DNA of 64,000 nt from an uncultured Methylomirabilota bacterium (GTDB lineage: Bacteria; Methylomirabilota; Methylomirabilia; Methylomirabilales; 2-02-FULL-66-22). The position numbers and the translations under genes are program-made. The stretch spans positions 3,616,001-3,680,000 of the forward strand of contig OY970067.1 in the NCBI GenBank assembly GCA_963705305.1, read 5' to 3'. Position 1 is the stretch's first letter, and the number at the start of each line of letters is the position of its first letter. This document shows, piece after piece, positions 60,973 through 64,000 of this stretch. The notes beneath the pieces are model-generated. The model had not been told where the DNA came from. It saw only the letters and a program-made list of their open reading frames with translations, and ran no database searches.

Positions 60973-61440
60973 CTACGCGCTCTTGGCGTGCACGACCAGG
61001 TCGACCTCGCAGTCGAGGACGTTGAGCAGGCGGAGCATCTGATCGACGGACTTGGCGTAGTTCGTCTGGTCGAGGAGCCGGTACAACTGAGCGGGCGAGG
61101 TGCCGAGGCGGCGGATCAACTCCCGCTTGCTCAGCGGGCTCTCGGCGACTCGTCTCTGGGCCGCCAGCGTCAACCGGTAGACGAGCATGTCCCGCAGGTA
61201 CGAGGGGTCCTTGTTGTAATCCAGCACCTGCTCAACATGGACCGACGCCTCCGCTCCCGACCTCAGCCGGAACGTGAACGCCTCGTTCGCCAGCTCCGGG
61301 TCGACGAACACTTCGACCACGGGGTCGGTGCCGGACGGGCGAGGCTCGCACTTAGCGTACGGAAACCCGTGGGTCTGGCCGCGCACTTCGATCTCGAACG
61401 CCCTGCGCCGACCATTCGCGGTTGCCGACGTGATCTTCAC
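60973..61440 (-). CDS. putative antitoxin: unknown N-terminal domain plus C-terminal XRE-like HTH
   Basis: LSKRELIRRLGTSPAQLYRLLD HTH; GTGA overlap with the upstream small gene. Confidence 0.75.
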   Translation of the reverse strand: MKITSATANGRRRAFEIEVRGQTHGFPYAKCEPRPSGTDPVVEVFVDPELANEAFTFRLRSGAEASVHVEQVLDYNKDPSYLRDMLVYRLTLAAQRRVAESPLSKRELIRRLGTSPAQLYRLLDQTNYAKSVDQMLRLLNVLDCEVDLVVHAKSA

Positions 61441-61631
61441 AGCAGCCCCTCCGTTCGCAACTCGCGGATCAACCCGAGAACCCTCCGCGTTGGCTTGCCC
61501 TCCATGGCCTTCTTGTTATCGAGGTCCCACTTCACGACCAACCGCCCGTCGCGGTAGACGTAAACGTGCCGCGGGCTGTGGTCGCCTTTCCACGTGAGGA
61601 AGACAAAGCCGCCGCGTCGCAGCTTGCCCAT
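61437..61631 (-). CDS. DUF4160-like small protein, putative toxin
   Basis: 64 aa basic protein with GDHSPRHVYV motif. Confidence 0.7.
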   Translation of the reverse strand: MGKLRRGGFVFLTWKGDHSPRHVYVYRDGRLVVKWDLDNKKAMEGKPTRRVLGLIRELRTEGLL

Positions 61632-61666
61632 GTATAAACGTTACCATCCATGGTAACGCATGTCAA
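61632..61666 (-). promoter_or_regulatory. leaderless sigma-70 promoter with a perfect operator palindrome
   Basis: TTGACA-N17-TAACGT-N6-ATG; CGTTACCAT-CC-ATGGTAACG (61639-61658) covers the spacer and -10. Confidence 0.75.
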
Positions 61667-61779
61667 GCCTACGCTGGGCGTCCGGTTTGGAGGGGCCCCG
61701 GAGCGCAGCGTAGGGGTACCTGCCGCACGCGCGGTCGGGCGTCGTGCGGGGCGCGCCTCAGGGGTCGGCTACGAAAGGA

Positions 61780-61882
61780 AACGGACAACAGCCAACCGAC
61801 GACCGGCTAACTGTCCGGCCATACAGTACCGGTCGCCGGTTTTCCATTGTCGGTTGTCGGTTTTGCGTTCTCGGTCGTCGGC
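61780..61882. repeat. heptamer-based inverted repeat element (related copies at 43380-43452 and 45207-45290)
   Basis: Degenerate 7-bp units such as CCGACAA / TTGTCGG and GTCGGTTTTGCATT, arranged as hairpin arms after gene ends. Confidence 0.55.
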
Positions 61883-61891
61883 GGGCGGCAC

Positions 61892-62218
61892 CTACCCTCC
61901 CCAGGGGGGTGGGACGGGGAGCCACTGGCGGGTGAGGATGTCACTCATGGTGAGGGTGATGAGGATGAGCATCCAGAACACCCCGGCGCCCACGAAGACC
62001 CAGGTGAGGCGGCTGCCGTAGCGGACGTGCATGAAGTAGAGCACGACCAGGAGGGCCTTGGCCACGGCAATGCTGATGGCGGCGAAGGCGTTCATAAGGT
62101 GCAGGCGGCCGCCCCCCAGGTCGAAGAAGGAGATGCCGACGGTCAGGGCGGTGAGCGCAAGCAGCCCGGCGAACACCGAGGCGTACAGCCGGATGGGAAG
62201 GACGGGATGCTGATTCAT
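61892..62218 (-). CDS. cytochrome c oxidase subunit IV
   Basis: LLALTALTV and AKALLVVLYFMHV. Confidence 0.88.
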   Translation of the reverse strand: MNQHPVLPIRLYASVFAGLLALTALTVGISFFDLGGGRLHLMNAFAAISIAVAKALLVVLYFMHVRYGSRLTWVFVGAGVFWMLILITLTMSDILTRQWLPVPPPWGG

Positions 62219-62862
62219 GCGTGTCGCGCCACCAGGTAAAGGGTTGGGAACAGGAAGATCCACACGATGTCGACGAAATGCCAGTACAGGCCCAGGATCT
62301 CGACGGGGGTGTAGTAGTCGGGGCTGAACCTGCCCTGCCACGAATGGAGCATGGTCACCAGGACGATGCCGATCCCCACCACCATGTGCAAGGCGTGCAA
62401 CCCGGTCATGATGAAGTAGAAGGAGAGGAAGAGCTGCACCGCGGCGGCGTAGGGGCCCGTATAGGCGAAGGCGGGGCCGGGCACCAGGTGGTCCTCGAAT
62501 TTGTGGGTGTACTCGAGGCCCTTGATCCCCAGGAATGCCAGGCCGAGGATCATCGTCACCCCCAGGAACAGAAGCAGCCGGTTCCGGTTCCCGAGCTGGG
62601 CGTTTCGCACGGCCATGGCCATGGTGAAGCTGCTGGCGATGAGGACGGCGGTGTTGGTGCTGCCGAGGGTCAGGTCGGTCAGCTTGCTCCCCAGACCGAA
62701 GCCCACCGGATAGCTGACGACGTAGATGAAGAAACCGGTGAACAGCCCCCCGAAGAACATCACTTCGGTGATCAGGAAGACCCACATGCCGATGGTGGAG
62801 GCCTCCCTCTGCTGCTCCATGTCGTGAAAGTGATGCCGGAGCGGAACGGACGTCTCAGTCAC
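62215..62862 (-). CDS. ctaE: cytochrome c oxidase subunit III
   Basis: [21 protein letters not shown] and YWHFVDIVW. Confidence 0.93.
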   Translation of the reverse strand: MTETSVPLRHHFHDMEQQREASTIGMWVFLITEVMFFGGLFTGFFIYVVSYPVGFGLGSKLTDLTLGSTNTAVLIASSFTMAMAVRNAQLGNRNRLLLFLGVTMILGLAFLGIKGLEYTHKFEDHLVPGPAFAYTGPYAAAVQLFLSFYFIMTGLHALHMVVGIGIVLVTMLHSWQGRFSPDYYTPVEILGLYWHFVDIVWIFLFPTLYLVARHA

Positions 62863-64000
62863 CGTGCGCCTCCGCAGGAGCGGGGCCGTATGCGTAGGCC
62901 TCCTCCTTCACCAGTGGGATGTCCTCGAAATTGTCCGTCGGCGGCGGGGAGGGCGTCGTCCACTCCAGCCCCGTGGCCTTCCACGGGTTGGCGCCGGCCG
63001 CCCGCCCGTACTTCAGGGACCAGAGGAGGTAGACGACGGGCATGATGTAGCCCAGCCCCAGGATGGTCGCCCCCGCCGTGGAGAGGACGTTCAGGGTCTG
63101 AAATTCGGGCGGATACATGTGGTAGCGGCGAGGCATACCCAGGAATCCCAGGATGAACTGGGGGAGAAACGTCAGGTTGAACCCGACGAACAGAATCAGT
63201 GCCGCCGCCCGCGACCACCCCTCCGGATAGAGCTTTCCCGTCATTTTCGGCCACCAGAAATGGAGCGCGCCGAGATAGCCCATGATGGCCCCCCCCACCA
63301 TGATGTAGTGGAAGTGGGCCACGACGAAATAGGTGTCGTGCAGCTGGACGTCCGCCGCCAGGCTGGCCAGGAACAGGCCGGTCAGCCCCCCGATGGTGAA
63401 CAGGCCGATGAATCCCAGGGCGTAGAGCATGGGTGCGTCCAAAGAGATGGAGCCCTTGTACATGGTGGCCGTCCAGTTGAAGACCTTCACCGCCGAGGGG
63501 ATAGCCACCAGGAAGCTGAGGAAGGAGAAGATCATGCCGGCATAGACCGATTGCCCGCTGACGAACATGTGGTGGCCCCAGACCAGGAAGCCGATGACGG
63601 CGATGGCCAGGCTGGAAACCGCGACGAACTCGTAGCCGAAGATCCGCCGTCTGGAGAAGCAGGCGATGAGCTCGCTCTCCACCCCCATGGCGGGCAGGAT
63701 CATGATGTAGACCGCGGGATGGGAGTAGAACCAGAACAGGTGCTGGAAGAGGAGCGGGTCCCCGCCCAGCGACGGGTCGAAGATGCCGAGGTGCAGCACA
63801 CGCTCGACCCCCACCGCCAGCAGGGTGACGGCCAGGACGGGGGTGCCCAGCACCATGATGATGCTGGTGGCGTAGTGGGCCCAGATGAAGAGCGGCAGGC
63901 GCGACCAGGTCATGCCGGGGGCCCGCATCTTGTGGATCGTGACGATGAAGTTCAATCCCGTGAGGATGGAGGAGAAGCCGGTGATGAAGACCCCCAGCAC
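62855..64000 (-). CDS. ctaD: cytochrome c oxidase subunit I, A2-type (5' end outside the window)
   Basis: [12 protein letters not shown] (YS motif), [19 protein letters not shown] and GMPRRY. Confidence 0.96.
   Translation of the reverse strand: MLGVFITGFSSILTGLNFIVTIHKMRAPGMTWSRLPLFIWAHYATSIIMVLGTPVLAVTLLAVGVERVLHLGIFDPSLGGDPLLFQHLFWFYSHPAVYIMILPAMGVESELIACFSRRRIFGYEFVAVSSLAIAVIGFLVWGHHMFVSGQSVYAGMIFSFLSFLVAIPSAVKVFNWTATMYKGSISLDAPMLYALGFIGLFTIGGLTGLFLASLAADVQLHDTYFVVAHFHYIMVGGAIMGYLGALHFWWPKMTGKLYPEGWSRAAALILFVGFNLTFLPQFILGFLGMPRRYHMYPPEFQTLNVLSTAGATILGLGYIMPVVYLLWSLKYGRAAGANPWKATGLEWTTPSPPPTDNFEDIPLVKEEAYAYGPAPAEAHGD

Noticed and set aside
61667..61742. Integron attC-like hairpin next to the TA pair
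   Set aside because: A hairpin exists (CCTACGCTG...CAGCGTAGG), but clean RYYYAAC/GTTRRRY ends and an integrase are absent.

Overview
High-GC bacterial chromosomal window. Its gene content (AhbAB, Ccm system I, futalosine Mqn, A2-type oxidase) resembles Methylomirabilota/Rokubacteria or deltaproteobacteria-like organisms, but this is inference only. From left to right it holds: two tandem orphan PilY1 adhesin paralogs, each with its own duplicated sigma-54 promoter and enhancer module; an AT-rich patch; an IorAB-like Mo-oxidoreductase, cytochrome c and Fe-ADH; a lipoprotein gene interrupted by an in-frame TGA; a B12-radical SAM gene, glnS, a Zn-ribbon response regulator, an aldolase and a PHP protein; a long ahbAB-ccmABCDEFGH-mqnE-mqnC operon; cupin, metallophosphoesterase and FecR/DUF6600-like genes; rtcB followed by a higher-order G-rich tandem repeat and a 23-aa ORF; a T2SS/T4P-hybrid cluster; ctaA-ctaB; a LIV-type ABC transporter with a LarA-family enzyme; a patchwork of gene fragments (MFS/amidohydrolase, truncated mazF, DinB-like); a nadQ-nadA-(nadB ghost)-nadC cassette with a NadQ operator; a leaderless DUF4160-like toxin-antitoxin pair; and the 3' part of a cytochrome c oxidase operon. 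Three MITE-like elements with 4-bp YTAR duplications and several 7/8-bp repeat families are scattered through the window. No tRNA, rRNA or CRISPR array was found.
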